From the NCBI RefSeq assembly GCF_963921235.1, contig NC_086097.1, positions 48,672,001-48,736,000 of the forward strand: a DNA stretch of 64,000 bases, in the 5' to 3' direction. Positions within the stretch are counted from its first letter, which is position 1, and every line of letters starts with the position of its first letter. The translations under genes were made by a program, and so were the position numbers. This document shows, piece by piece, positions 38,595 to 51,451 of the stretch. Under the pieces are notes generated by a model. It saw only the letters and a list, made by a program, of their open reading frames with translations, did not search any database and was not told the DNA's origin. The stretch comes from Mobula hypostoma. Lineage: Eukaryota.

Positions 38595-41369
38595 AGGCTT
38601 AACAAAAAACACGGTTGAGGCTGGTGCTTTTATTTGGGGCAAAAGAGGCTTATGAAGTTTTAAATGAAGCATATCAAATTATGATAGACCTATAAGAAAG
38701 GACAAAAGTGGTCTATTTCCCTGAGCAGAAATGTTAATAAGTGAAGGGAATAGATTTAAGTTTATTAGTCAGACAATTATAACGGATCTGACTGAGTGGT
38801 CAGACTGAAATTAAAAAATATCAACGGTAGAAACCCTCACTGCATTTTGTAATACTATAGTTGGATGCGTAATTAAAGAGCCATGATGTACAAGACCTTG
38901 GACCAAGAACTGGGAAATAGGATTAAATTAAGTTTTATTTTTGTCTGTCAACAATATGATGGGCCATATCACCTTTCTGTATGATGTAAACTTCTACTTT
39001 ATTGTGAATTTTTGGAGATGCATAACTTGTGTTCAGCGATTGGAACATAAGCTATAAAAATACACAAAAGATTTCCAGCCAATTGACTCTCTGATTATTA
39101 TTTTTAAGATACTCCTTACATTACAGGAGGTTAGGCTTTAGAGTGAGTGTAATTTCTGTTTTAGCTGCTTATGTTATAAACCTGTGCGTCAGGTGTTTCT
39201 GTGTTTCCGTTACTCTTAAGTATTTGACTTGCTGTTGTGACACACCCATAATGTCACAATGATTATGTCTGAAATCTTGTTTAAAGTAAGTTGATAGCAA
39301 CAAGAAATAAGATTGCAGCAATGAAGTTCTTGACTGTTTTCACAGATAAGGAAAGTAACATTTTAAACTGCACAAAGAAACAAATGGGAAAGGCTTTTTA
39401 AATCATATTTGACCAGAAAAAGCAAAGACATTTCTAGAGAAAAAAAATTGCAGAGCATGAAACTAGAAAAAGGCTATAATTTACAGAAATAGGATTTTTT
39501 TTAAGGTAGGGAGGCAACTCATTTAGGATTTGTCTCATTTTGCTAAAGGAAGGCTGCTGCGGAACAGGATCTGGTCAACAATACCAGTCACCTTTTTTTT
39601 TAGCAGCAATCACGACCCTTACATTGTGCTGTAAAAGTGAAATGTGACAGGTTCAAATTAGGGGCAGGAGTCTATTCTTTTTGCCATATGGAGAAAAGAT
39701 GAATTGTGCTATAATGTTTGCTGCAAATGATTGCTCTTCCATCAGGTAAAATTATTATTTCTTTTGTCCGCCTCAGTGCCATTGCTATGGCCTAATTTTG
39801 TATTTGTCAGGAAGTATGATGCTAAAGACATTCTCAGTTAACAAAACCATCAGTCTTTTCTTCAGTAATGTCTGTTTCAGGATATTATTTCAATGGTGCT
39901 AATTTTACCCCATCTAATACTGGAAGAGGTGGCTGACACAGTTTCATTAAAAGACACTTGGGTAGGTATATGGATAAGAAAGGTCTAGGGCAGGATTCCC
40001 AAACTTGGGAACCTCTGGTCTAAGGGGATATGGGCTATACACAAGCAAATAGAACCAGCTTAGATAAGAATCTTGGTCAGCTTGGACGAGTTGGGCCGAA
40101 GGTCCCATGTCTGTGCAGTATGCCACTGGGACTCTCATATCGCACAGAATAACACAGCTTTCAAATTTCTTCAGCTGAAATATGGTTAAACTGTGGAATT
40201 CATTGCCACAGCCAGCTGTGGAGGCCATCATAGAATATATTTAAACTGGATATTGGCACATAGAAACATAGAAAACCTACAGCACAATACAGGCCCTTCA
40301 GCCCACAATGCTGTGCTGGACATGTACTTACTTTAGAAATTAGCTAGGGTTACCCATAGCCCTCTATTTTTCTAAGCTCCATGTACTTATACAGGAGTCT
40401 CTTAAAAGACCTTATTGTATCTGCCTCCACCATCGTCACCGGCAGCCCATTCCACGCACTCACTACTCTCCGCGTAAAAAACTTAGCCCTGACATCTCCT
40501 CTGTACCTACTTCCAAGCACCTTAAAACTGTGCCCACTCGTGTTAGCCATTTCAGCCCTGGGATAAAGCCTCTGACTATCCACACGATCAATGCCTGTCA
40601 TCATCTTATACACCTCTATCAGGTCACTTCTCATCCCCAGTCGCTCCAAGGGGGAAAGGCCAAGTTCACTCAACCTATTCTCAGCAGCTTTGAGAGTCCT
40701 ATGGACTCGGACCCCAAGATCCTTCCGATCCTCCACACTACCAAGAGTCCTACCATTAATACTATATTCTGCCATCATATTTGACTACCAAAATGAACCA
40801 CCTCACACTTACCTGGGTTGAATTCCATCTTCCACTTCTCAGCCCAGTTTTACATTCTATCGATGTCCCACTGTAACCACCTACAGCCCCCCAGACTATT
40901 CACAACACCGCCAACCTCTGCGTCATCAGCAAATTTACAAACCCTTCCCTCCACTTCCTCATCCAGGTCATTTAAAAAACTCACAAAGAGAAGGGGTCCC
41001 AGAACAGATCCCTGAGGCACACCACTGGTCACCGACCTCCATGCAGAATATGACCCATCTGCAACCACTCTTTGCCTGCTGTGGGCAAGACAATTCTGGA
41101 TCCGCAAAGCAAGGTCCCCTTGGATCCCATGTCTCCTTACTTTCTCAATAAGCCTTGTATGGGGTACCTTATCAAATGCCTTGCTGAAATCCATATACAC
41201 TACATCTACTGCTCTACCTTCATCAATGTATTTAGTCACATCCTCAAAAAATTCAATCAGGCTTGTAAGGCATGACCTGCCCTTGACAAAGCTATGCTGA
41301 CTATTCTTAATCATATTATGCCTCTCCAAATGTTCATAAATCCTGCCTCTCAGGATCTTCTCCATCAAC

Positions 41370-42189
41370 ACAAAGTTGGAGGCGGAGTTAAGATGCACTA
41401 AACAGCAACTCCTTTGCTTACATCTTTGGAAACAACTCTATTTCCTTCTTTAATATCTTTATTTTTCCCTTTCTGGGTTCTTTTGAAGATCCTGATCTGG
41501 GGTTACACACAGACTTCAGTTCTTTGCGGGAATGGGACCCGTTCTCGGGGTTTCAGGACCGGCCGTTGCTCAGCACACCAAGGGTTCGGCCTGAGAGGTG
41601 GCCTAGTGTTTGAAAGCCGAAGATCTCAGGTCTCTGGAGATGGTGGATTGAGGGTCGGTGTCATGGCAGGAGACTCATGTGTTGTCAGAGAGGCTGGAAA
41701 ATCTTCCGTTGTGGGCCCGAAAACCGGAGATCTTTGTGATCTTCAGGCACAGAGCTCATAAAAAGTGACGAAACAGACTTTTTAACATCATAAACCAGCG
41801 GGTTGTTGTTATGTCTTCCGCTTGCTGTGAAAATAGGGGACACCTATCTCTCCATTACTAGGGAGAGAAAGAAAACCTGTGGTTTGTTGAATGCCGGATG
41901 AAATGTGATAGTCTTCGGGGTAACTGGAAGGTCTGTGTCTTTGCTATCACTTAGCTCACGCTTGTGCTGAGTAGTGGGTGCGCTATTTTTGCTGGTGGGG
42001 GAGTGGGTATCATTGCCTTGCTGCTGGTTACCCGTGGGAGGGGAGAGCTGGGGGGACTTCGAGGTTCTCACGTTTACTGCCGTTCATTCTTTGGGACACT
42101 TCTCTGTTTTTGTGGATGTTTTGCGAAGAAAAAGCATTTCAGGTTGTATATTGTATACATTTCCCTGACATTAAATCGAACCTTTGAAC
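41370..42189 (+). mobile_element. Non-autonomous retroposon inserted into the CR1 RT
   Basis: CR1 sequence ...CTCCATCAAC|TTACCAGCCACTGAAG is split by this segment, which ends CATTAAATCGAACCTTTGAAC. Confidence 0.8.
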
Positions 42190-43795
42190 TTACCAGCCAC
42201 TGAAGTAAGACTCACTGATCTATAAATTCCTGGGCTATCTCCACTCCCTTTCTTGAATAAGGGAACAACATCTGTAACCCTCTGGAACCTCTCCCGTCCC
42301 CATTGATGATGCAAAGATCATTACCAGAGGCTCAGCAATCTCCTCCCGTGCCACCCACAGTAGCCTGGGGTATTTCTCGTCTGGTCCTGGTGACTTATCC
42401 AACTTGATGCTTTCCGAAAGCTCCAGCACATCCTTTTTCTTAATGTCTATATGCTCAAGCTTTTCAGTACGCTGTAAGTCATCCCTACAATCGCCAAGGT
42501 CCTTTTCCGTAGTGAATACTGAAGCTAAGTATTCTTTAAGTATCTCCACTATCTGGTTCCATACACACTTTTCCACCATCACACTTCTCTCACGTCTATC
42601 TCTATTGCTCTTCACATACTTGTAGAATGCCTTGGGGTTTTCCTTAATCCTGCTCAGCAAGGCCTTCTCATGGCCCCTTCTGGCTCTCCTAATTTCATCC
42701 TTAAGCTCCTTCCTGCTAGCCTTATAATTTCCTAGATCTGTCATTACCTAGTTTTTTGAACCTTTCATAAGCTTTTCTTCTCTTCTTGATTAGATTTTCA
42801 ACAGCCTTTGTACACCATGGTTCCTGTATCCTATCGTCCTTTCCCTGTCTCATTGGAACGTACCTATGCAGAACACCATGCAAATATCCCCTAAACATTT
42901 GCCACATTTCTGCCGTACATTTCCCTGAGAACATCTGTTCCCAATTTATGCTTCCAAGTTCCTGCCAACTTCATATTTCCCCTTTCTCCAATTAAACACT
43001 TTCCTAACTTGTCTGTTCCTATCCCTCTCCAATGTTATGGTAAAGGAGATAGAATTGTGACCACTATCACCAAGATGCTCTCCCACTGAAAGACCTGACA
43101 CCCGACTAAGTTCATTTCCCAATACCAGATCAAGTACAGCCTCTCCTCTTGTAGGCTTATCTACATATTGTGTCAGGAAACCTTACTAACACACCTAACA
43201 AACTCTACCCCATCTAAACACCTTGCTCTAGGGAAATGCCAGTCAATACTGGGGAAATTTAAATATCTCATCATGACAACCCTGTTATTATTGCGCCATT
43301 CCAATATCTGTCTCCCTATCTGCTTCTCGATGTCGCTGTTACTATTGGGTGGTCTATAAAAAACACCCAGTAGAGTTATTGACCCTTTCCTGTTACTAAC
43401 TTCCACTCACAGAGACTCAGTAGACAATCCCTCCATGAATTCCTCCTTCTCTGCAGCCATGACACTATCTCTGATCAGCAGTGCCACGCCCCACCTCTTT
43501 TGCCTCCCTCCATGTCCTTTCTGAAACATCTGAAGCCTGGCACTCTAAGCAGCCATTCCTGCCCCTGAACCATCCAAGTCTCTGTAATGGCCACAACATC
43601 ATAACTCTAAGCTCATCCGCTTTGTTTATGATACTCCTTGCATTAAAATAGACACATCTCAAACCATCAGTCTGGGTGCATCCCTTCTCTATCACCTGCC
43701 TATCCTCCCTCTCACACTGCCTACAAACTTTCTCTATTTGCCAGCCAACCGCCCCTTCCTCTGTCTCTTCAGTTTGGTTCCCACCCCCAGCAATT

Positions 43796-44218
43796 CTAGT
43801 TTAAGCTCTCCCCAATAGCCTCAGCAAACCTTCCCGCCAGGATATTGGTCTCCCTCAGATTCAAGTGCAACTCATCCTTATTATACAGGCCATGCCTGCC
43901 CCAAAAGAGCTCCCAGTGTTCCAGAAATCTGAATCCCTGCCCCCTGCTCCAATCCCTCAGCCAGGCATTTATCCTCCACCTCACTCTATTCCTATACTCA
44001 CTGTCGCATAGCATAGGGATTACTACCCTTGTGGTCCTGCCTCTCAGCTTCTTTCCTAATTCCCTGTAGTCTGTTTTCAGGACCTCCTCCCTTTTCCTAT
44101 CTTTGTCGTTGGTACCAATATGTACCACGACCTCTGACTGTTCACCTTCCCACTTCAGGTTATCGTGGATGCGATCAGAAACATCCCGGACCCTGGCACC
44201 TGGGAGACAAGCTACCAT
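43796..44218 (-). pseudogene. CR1 ORF1 SGNH/GDSL esterase domain
   Basis: PGARVRD, VVVHIGTND and DELHLN blocks typical of CR1 ORF1 esterases. Confidence 0.85.
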
Positions 44219-45531
44219 CCATGTTTCTTTCCTGCATCCACGGAATCACCTGTCTGACCCCCTAACTATAGAGTCCCCTATCACTGCTGCCATCCTTTTC
44301 CTTTCCTTACCCTTCTGAGCCACAGGGCCGGACTCTGTGCCAGAGGCGCAGCCACTGTTGCTTCCCCCAGGTAGGTCATACCCGCCCCCCCACCAAAAGT
44401 ACTCAAACAGGAGTAATTATTGTTAAGGGGGACCGCCACAGGGGTACTCCCTAGTATCTGACTCTTGCCCTTCCCTCTCCTGACTGTTACCCACTTATCT
44501 GTCTCCCGAGGCCCGGATGTGACAACTTGCCTATCACCTCCTCACTTTCCCTGACCAGATGAAGGTCTTTGAGCTGCACCTCCAGTTCCCTAACCTGGTC
44601 CCTAAGGAGCTGCATCTCGTCGCACCTGGCGCAGATGTGGCCGTCCTGGGGCTCGGAGTCTCCCAGACATCCCACATCTGACACCTAGTACGGAACACCA
44701 GCCTTGCAGACATACTTCCTGTTCCTATTCTTATCTCGCTTCGACTCATTATCGCTGAAGCCCCATTGAGCAAAAGCCCTCCTACTCCAACACCCTCTAT
44801 AAAGCTGTCTTCTTTTAAAATTCTTCCTGCCAGTCTAACTTGCTGACATTCATGTGCCTGCGCAGTCGTGCCTCGATATGTTCTGGATTAGTAAAGGCAT
44901 CAAAGTTTATAGGGAGAAGTGTGTACAGAGGGAAAGTAAGTCGACCATGATTGAACGGCAGAGCAGAATTGATGGACCAAATGGCCTAATTCTGCTTGTA
45001 TGTCATATGGTCTTTTAATGCTTCTGTAAAAAATCCTTGACTGTTTTTACTATGCTAAGTGTCCCAAATAAATGCAAGTTATTGTTATTACCATTCACAA
45101 GCATGAAAACCTCTGTCAAATCTCTGCCTGCCTTGTGTCTAGCCACAACCTCTCCAGCTTCTCTCCATGTTTAAGGGTGCTGTCGGAGCTGTGTAGCTGT
45201 TCCCTACCTGCTTTGTATCCTGTGCTGCATGTTTATTATAGTAACTAGTTACATGACTGGGGCTGTGGAAAAGGTGAAGGGAATTAGTTACATAATCTTG
45301 CCTATTTCATCGTGGTTTGTAGCTTGGGACCAGTGGAACTGACCACCGAGATATCGCTGAGATAACACTCAGCAATGCTTAATCTTATGTTTGCTTAATG
45401 CTAATAAGGGATTGAATAAAGGGTTTGACTTTTGGAGCAATCCTTGGAACTGTGGGTGCGTAATGCAAGTATTGCAGTCTGTACGGTTGCAGGCTAGTGG
45501 CAATTGATTTTGAATTAGTTATGCCACTACT

Positions 45532-45670
45532 GGTGGCACAGTGAGACAGATGATACAGCTACAACATCACAGTTCCGATGACCCGGGTTCAGTCCTGCCC
45601 TTCAGTGTGTATGTGTGGTGTTTGCAAGTTCTCCCTTTGAATGTGTGTGTTTCCACCGGTGCTCTGGTTT
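45532..45670 (+). mobile_element. V-SINE 5' part
   Basis: GACCCGGGTTCAGTCC and GTTTGCAAGTTCTCCC...CCGGTGCTCTGGTTTC. Confidence 0.75.
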
Positions 45671-46128
45671 CAAAGTTCAAAAGTTTAAAGTAACTTTATT
45701 ATTAAAGATCATAGATGTCACGATGTACTACCCTGAGATTCATTTTCTTGTGGGCATTCACAGTAAATACAAAGAAACACAATAGATTCAATGAAAAACC
45801 GCACGCAACAAAGACAAAGAACCAATGTGTAAAAAAAAGAAACTGTACAAATACAAAAAAAACAAACTAAAAATAACAAGTAAACAAGCAATGAATATTG
45901 AGAATATAAGTTGAAGAATCTTTGAAAGTGAGTCGGTTGGTTGTGGGATCAATTCAATGTTGGGGTAAGTGGAGTTATCTCTTTTGGTTCAGAGACTGAT
46001 GGTTGAGGGGTAACAACTGTTCCTGAACCTGGTGGTGTGAATCATGAAGCTCCTGTACTTCCTTCTGATGGCAGCAGTGAGAATAGAACATGACCTAGGT
46101 GGTGCACGTCCCTGATGATAGACGCTGC
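45671..46128 (-). mobile_element. Rex1/Babar-like LINE 3' end
   Basis: RKYRSFMIHTTRFRNSCYPSTI; tail AATAAAGTTACTTTAAACTTTTGAACTTTG. Confidence 0.75.
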
Positions 46129-46676
46129 TTAATGGTGTTATAGCGAAGGGATGGTAATGCGGACAAGCTCCCAAGGGCGTGTGTCTCAAATAGCCTCTGA
46201 CAACCAAGTCCTGCTCCTGGCCTTCACATGTGGTTTAGCTACTAAGCCTGGCAGATCAGTTTCTATTGAAAGGAGAAGACGTAAAGGCGGATTGCTTCAG
46301 GCAATAGGGGCTCGTCAGCCATGGTTGGCAGCTCATCTAGGATAAGGAAAACTTTGACCTCAGACCTATGCTGCCCTGTGGATATACCCACTCATGGGAA
46401 AGGCTTCAGGGGTAAATCCCGAGGTAAAAATCTCTAGCTGGAGTCCCTGAGGCAGTTCTACATTGACTTCAATGCTGACTGGCAACTCCTTTGATGCAGC
46501 TGGTACCAAACTGCATTGATCTCTGCCGTTCCTTTGGGTTCATCAGTTGCATGGAGAAGGGGAGCTTGCTACATGGGCAACAGTTTGCTCTCCATATTGT
46601 ACTGCTCAAGCTTGTGTATCCAGACAGCTAGGATGCAATATCACTGATCAACTCTGACAGATGGAGGCCTCAGACC
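46127..46676 (+). mobile_element. Non-autonomous element with RTE-like 5' UTR
   Basis: GGGCTCGTCAGCCATGGTTGGCAGCTCATCTAGGATAAGGAAAACT matches 63939-63990; 3' body resembles 62925-63015. Confidence 0.6.
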
Positions 46677-46679
46677 TCA

Positions 46680-47091
46680 GAACGGTATGCTGATTTTGAG
46701 ACAAGCAAAGATCTATCATGGTGAACTGAACATTGAAGGTAATTGTGAATATTCAGCAGGCTGTTTTGCAGAAATTTAAGAAAAGGCACAGCATTAAACT
46801 TTTAAAGATTTGTGGTGATAATGTATCTGTTGATTATGAAGCAGCAGATAAATTCATTGATTAGTTTGCCAAGATCGTCACTGGTGAAAATCTAACACAC
46901 TGAAAGGCTACATCAGTACATATATGAGATGAACAAGTGTCAGACAAAGACTGCTTACCGGAAGCACATAAAGTCAGTCAGAAATGATAGTGATCCCAAG
47001 CTGTCTCATTATGTATTTCAAAATCTGAAAAAAATCTGAAATCGGAAACACTTCCGCCCCCAAGCATTTCGGATAAAGAGTTCTCAACCTG
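46680..47091 (+). mobile_element. Tigger/pogo-family transposon fragment with right TIR
   Basis: QAKIYHGELNIEGNCEYSAG-[frameshift]-LQKFKKRHSI..ICGD...EAADKF (CENP-B-type HTH). End CAAGCATTTCGGATAAAGAGTTCTCAACCTG|TA resembles the Tigger4/MER46 TIR. Confidence 0.8.
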
Positions 47092-48465
47092 TACTAGTAT
47101 ATGAAATAACATGTAGATATAGCAGCAATTGAATGCTTGGCCTTTACTGCAACAAGTTTGAGGTATAAAGAATAACTCATACTGCAATTTTATGGGGCTT
47201 TGGTGAAATTGCACCTGACAATAGAGTACTGTATGTTTACAGTTTAAACCCTTCATCCAAGGAAGGATATATCTGTCCAGGAGAAAGTGGATTCACCAGA
47301 TGATTGCTGAGATGTGAGAGTCCATTATTAATTATGTGCTTTCGGGTTACAAGGAGGCTCATGACAAAATAGGCTGAAGTCAGCATGGTTTCTGTAGTGT
47401 ATTTAATACTTCAGTAGTATTTGAGTAATATTGTAAATATATTGTTTGATTAAGCATTCTTGTTTCCTACATAATTCATTATGGGTTATATGTAAGAAGA
47501 ATGTGAATCACTATTATGCCATCACGTCATATGTGCACTCACTAAAGAAAATAACAAAGTAGACATATTTTCCTGGGCTCCCACACTTTTTTTTCATTTA
47601 ATTTCTGGAGCTACAAAACATCACAGTAAATATGTACTTTGATAATAAATTTACTTTGAACCTTGAACTTTGACATAACAATGATGACAAGTGTGCTTTA
47701 AAATTAACCTGAGATAACTTACCTACTCGTTGAAACGCAACATGTTTTTTTTCTTTACAAGGTGAGAAAGAGAAATAGTTGAGGTTATAAAAATGGGCAG
47801 CACATGTTTCTTTGGAAGGGGAGTGAGTTGGTTGAGTTAAAAAGTCATAAAATGGATGAAATTTAGGGGACTATAAGCAGTGAGTACTGTGATATAATAA
47901 TAATAATAATAATAAAATTGAAAGCAGAACTGAAATATTGCATTGGAAAGATGGATGTGCTAGATTGCACAACAGATATCTGAGCTGTATTTGAAAGCAA
48001 ATGAAAGCTCATGAGAAACAAGTGCTAGTTTTGCTGAGCGCTATTTGTGGGTGAGCATAGAGGTTGCTGAGAAGTTTGACTGCTCTAATCAAACCAGCTG
48101 AAATCAGTTTTGCTGATATCATGAACGTAATGCAAAAACATTTAGAACTGAAAACATTGTTGATTGCAGAACGCTTTAGTTTTCATAAGCAGAATCAAAA
48201 TGAAGGGGACACGATTTCTGTTTACAAGGATGAATCAAAGAAGCTGTCCGAGCATTGTCAATTCAGTGATTGGATTAATGAGACACTAAGAGGTTGTTTA
48301 GTTTGTGGAATCCTACAAGAAAGCATTCAAAATGGCTCCTAACTAAAGCACAACTTACATGAAAACAGCAGTTGAAATTGCTGTATCAATGGAAAGAGCA
48401 ACCAAAGACACAGTTGAGTTGTAGCCAGGAATGAAATTGAGCGTGAACAAACTTGCAATGTCTAA

Positions 48466-49114
48466 ACAGAACATAGAATAGTACAGCACAGTACAGGCCC
48501 TTCGGCCCACAATGTTGTGCCGACCCTCAAACCCTGCCTCCCATATAAGCCCCCACCTTAAATTCTTCCATATACCTGTCTAGTAGTCTCTTAAACTTCA
48601 CTAGTGTATCTGCCTCCACCACTGACTCAGGCAGTGCATTCCACGCACCAACCACTCCCTGAGTAAAAAACCTTCCTCTAATATCCCCCTTGAACTTCCC
48701 ACCCCTTACCTTAAAGCCATGTCCTCTTGTATTGAGCAGTGGTGCCCTGGGGAAGAGGTACTGGCTATCCACTCTATCTATTCCTCTTATTATCTTGTAC
48801 ACCTCTATCATGTCTCCTCTCATCCTCCTTCTCTCCAAAGAGTAAAGCCCTAGCTCATCTTAATCTCTGATCATAATGCATTCTCCCTAAACCAGGCAGC
48901 ATCCTGGTAAATCTCCTCTGTATCCTTTCCAATGCTTCCACATCCTTCCTATAGTGAGGCGACCAGAACTGGACACAGTACTCCAAGTGTGACCTAACCA
49001 GAGTTTTATAGAGCTGCATCATTACCTCGCAACTCTTAAACTCTGTCCCTCGACTTATGAAAGCTAACACCCCATAAGCTTTCTTAACTACCCTATCCAC
49101 CTGTGAAGCAACTG
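48466..49114 (-). mobile_element. Young CR1 3' end inserted in Gypsy gag
   Basis: ORFs 48855-49100 (RSHLEYCVQFWSP) and 48527-48838 (TRGH..FFTQGVV). Confidence 0.93.
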
Positions 49115-49779
49115 TCTGGCAGGGCTCACATACTATAAATCAGACCAATACTTGTTTAAAGGTGGAAGCTGTCGAAAATGTGACAAAGTAGGACACATAC
49201 AAAGACCAAGTCAGACAGAGAAAAATAAATGGACTGCACAAGGAGGAGAAAAAGATAAAAAGTCAAGATGAAGTTTCAAAATGAGGACTAATCTGCATGC
49301 TGTTGATGAAGAATCTGATAATGATGAGTGTGATACAGGACTGAGTAGCCTTGAGATTTATAATGTAAAATCTAACAAGAGTCAAGCAATCTAGGCTTAC
49401 ACCAGAAGTGAATAGCAAATTAATTAAAATGGATTTGGACACTGGCTTGGCTGCTTCAGTCATTGCACAAAATGATCTTCAACAGCATTTTAAAGTTATT
49501 GAACTGAAGCCTGCAGATATCCAAGAACTTATACTGAAGAAAAGATTACGCCTGTGGGGATAACATTCGTAACAGTGAAATAAAACAACCAACAAGCCAT
49601 ATTGGGCTTGTATGTAGTAAATACGGAAGAGCCAGCATTGTGGGGAGGTGACAACGACAACTTGATTGGAGATCAATCAAGCATTTGCATGCCACATCTC
49701 CTGCAATAGAATCAACTGATAGTGAATTAACAAAGATACTGGATGATGCTATTGGATGGCATTGGATGGCTCAGATATA

Positions 49780-50042
49780 AAAAAGGAAAGGTACATCACA
49801 TCTGGAGTTTCTCCAGTTAGCAGACGATTTCCCACCACACCTCTCTGACATAGTGGGGAACCACGTACGAGGCAAGTTACAGCAGGTGTTTGCCACTGAC
49901 TTCTGTCGGGTGAGTTTTCGCAGAGATCACCAGCTCGTAACCCAGTATGGATGGAAAGCATGCAAGGGAGCCGGCTGGATTTGAACTGGGGACCTTTCGT
50001 CCCGAAGTCCGGCACTGATGCCACTAAGTCATCAGCCGGGTC
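49780..50042 (-). mobile_element. tRNA-head SINE with RTE-like tail
   Basis: Minus strand: A-box-like TGACTTAGTGG, B box GTTCAAATCC, AGTGGCAAACACC..CTTGCC. TSD GGCTCAG(A/G)TATA at 49768-49779 and 50043-50054. Confidence 0.8.
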
Positions 50043-50289
50043 GGCTCAGGTATATCCAGATTAAAATAGTTTTAAATGAAAATGCCATACCCAAGTCTTA
50101 TAAAGCCCATCTGGTTCCTTATTGCACTCAGAATAAAGTAGCCAGTGAGCTAGATCGCATGGAGGCTCAAGGAATACTTTGCAAGGTTAAGTAGAGCCCA
50201 TGGGTAATGCTCATAATCCCAATAGCCAAGGATGGGTCTGTCAGGATCTGTAGTGATTTTAAGGTCACCATCAACTAGGTAATGAAATT

Positions 50290-50730
50290 GTTAGCATATG
50301 AGGAGCATTTGATGGTTTTGGGCCTGTACTTGCTGGAGTTTAGACAAATGAGCAGATCTCATTGAAAGCAATCAAATATTGAAAGGCTTTGATAAAGTGG
50401 ATGTGGAGAGGATGATTCCTATAGTGGAGGAGTCTAGGACCAGAAAGCACAGCCTCAAAATAGAGCAGTGTCCCTTTAGAACAGATATGAGAATTTTTTT
50501 TTAGCCAGAGAGGGGTGAATCTGTGGAATACATTGCCACAGATGGTTGTGGAGGCCAAGTCATTGGGTATATTTAAAGGGGAGGTTGATAGGTTCTTAAT
50601 TAGGGTGTCAAAGGTGATGAGGAGAAGGCAGTAGAATGGAAATGAGAGGGATAATAAATCAGCCATGATGGAATGGTGGAGCAGACTCAATGAGCCGAAT
50701 TGCCTAATTCTGCTCCAATGTATTACAGCC
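50290..50730 (+). mobile_element. CR1 3' fragment
   Basis: Collinear with 14770-15220. Confidence 0.88.
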
Positions 50731-51451
50731 CTATAGTTTCTGGAAAAAGAAGATTGTCCTTTGAGGTAGGGTAGAAGTTAGGATGAAGTAAATGACTAGC
50801 CATGATTTTATTGAACATTGGAGCAGATTTGATGGTCTGGCTGACCTCCTATTTTTTTCATTCTTATGCAGATTAGGCTTAATCTTGATATCCTTCAAGT
50901 AAAATGTTCAGAACTGGGTATAAATCCTCTAGCTGAGACTTTCTAATATTTCACAACAGCCTGTGAGATTTCACTTTTAAAAATGGCAAGAGGCTATTGG
51001 CAAAAATGACATTGGCACCATTTTCACTGCTGGCTGGAGGGCTCTGATATGTTGTAAATACTAGGAGAGCCAAATTCTTGCTTTTGCTTTAATTTCTTTA
51101 TCACAGCATTTGACAAGATGCTATTTTATTCGAGAATATCAGAGCAGCTTCACATTAACCCTTTAAATTCAACATTCTGTATAGTTCTGGCCAATTGGAA
51201 GAAAATGTATTCATGAGGAACTTGTGATTATATAACTGCATCTGTAGAATTTTTGACAGTGTTGCATTTTTAAAGGTAGTTGTCATCTTACTTGTTTACT
51301 GTAGCAGAAAAGAATAGTCTGTGATAGCGTGCAATAGGACAATCATACCAATTATACTCATCTCTTCTTATTTCTGCATGGCTCTGACATTTTTTCTCTC
51401 TCATATGATTATCAGCTCCCCTTTGATTCTTTATCACTTCTGTACATTTAT

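Larger units (their letters stand above)
40258..44874 (-). mobile_element. Near-full-length CR1 LINE (5' UTR, ORF1 zinc finger and esterase, ORF2 EN-RT, 3' tail), disrupted
   Basis: ORFs 44534-44773 and 44487-44684 (RCQMW..HICARC), 43796-44218 (LPGARVRD, VVHIGTND, LHLN), 43173-43406, 42235-42744 (KSPGPD), 40850-41398 (FADD), 40350-40778. It sits inside another CR1 3' end (40140-40255 and 44875-45013). Confidence 0.95.
47393..50285 (+). mobile_element. Decayed Ty3/Gypsy element (5' LTR, gag, protease, RT start)
   Basis: LTR TGTAGTG... at 47393-47680, gag LIAERFSFHKQNQNEG..CQF..LRGCLVCGI, knuckle CRKCDKVGH, protease MDLDTG.AASVI, RT DGSVRICSDFKVTIN. Confidence 0.88.

Noticed and set aside
46110..46130. 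CTGATGA as a hammerhead core
   Set aside because: No following stem II or GAAA; lies in antisense Rex/Babar coding sequence.
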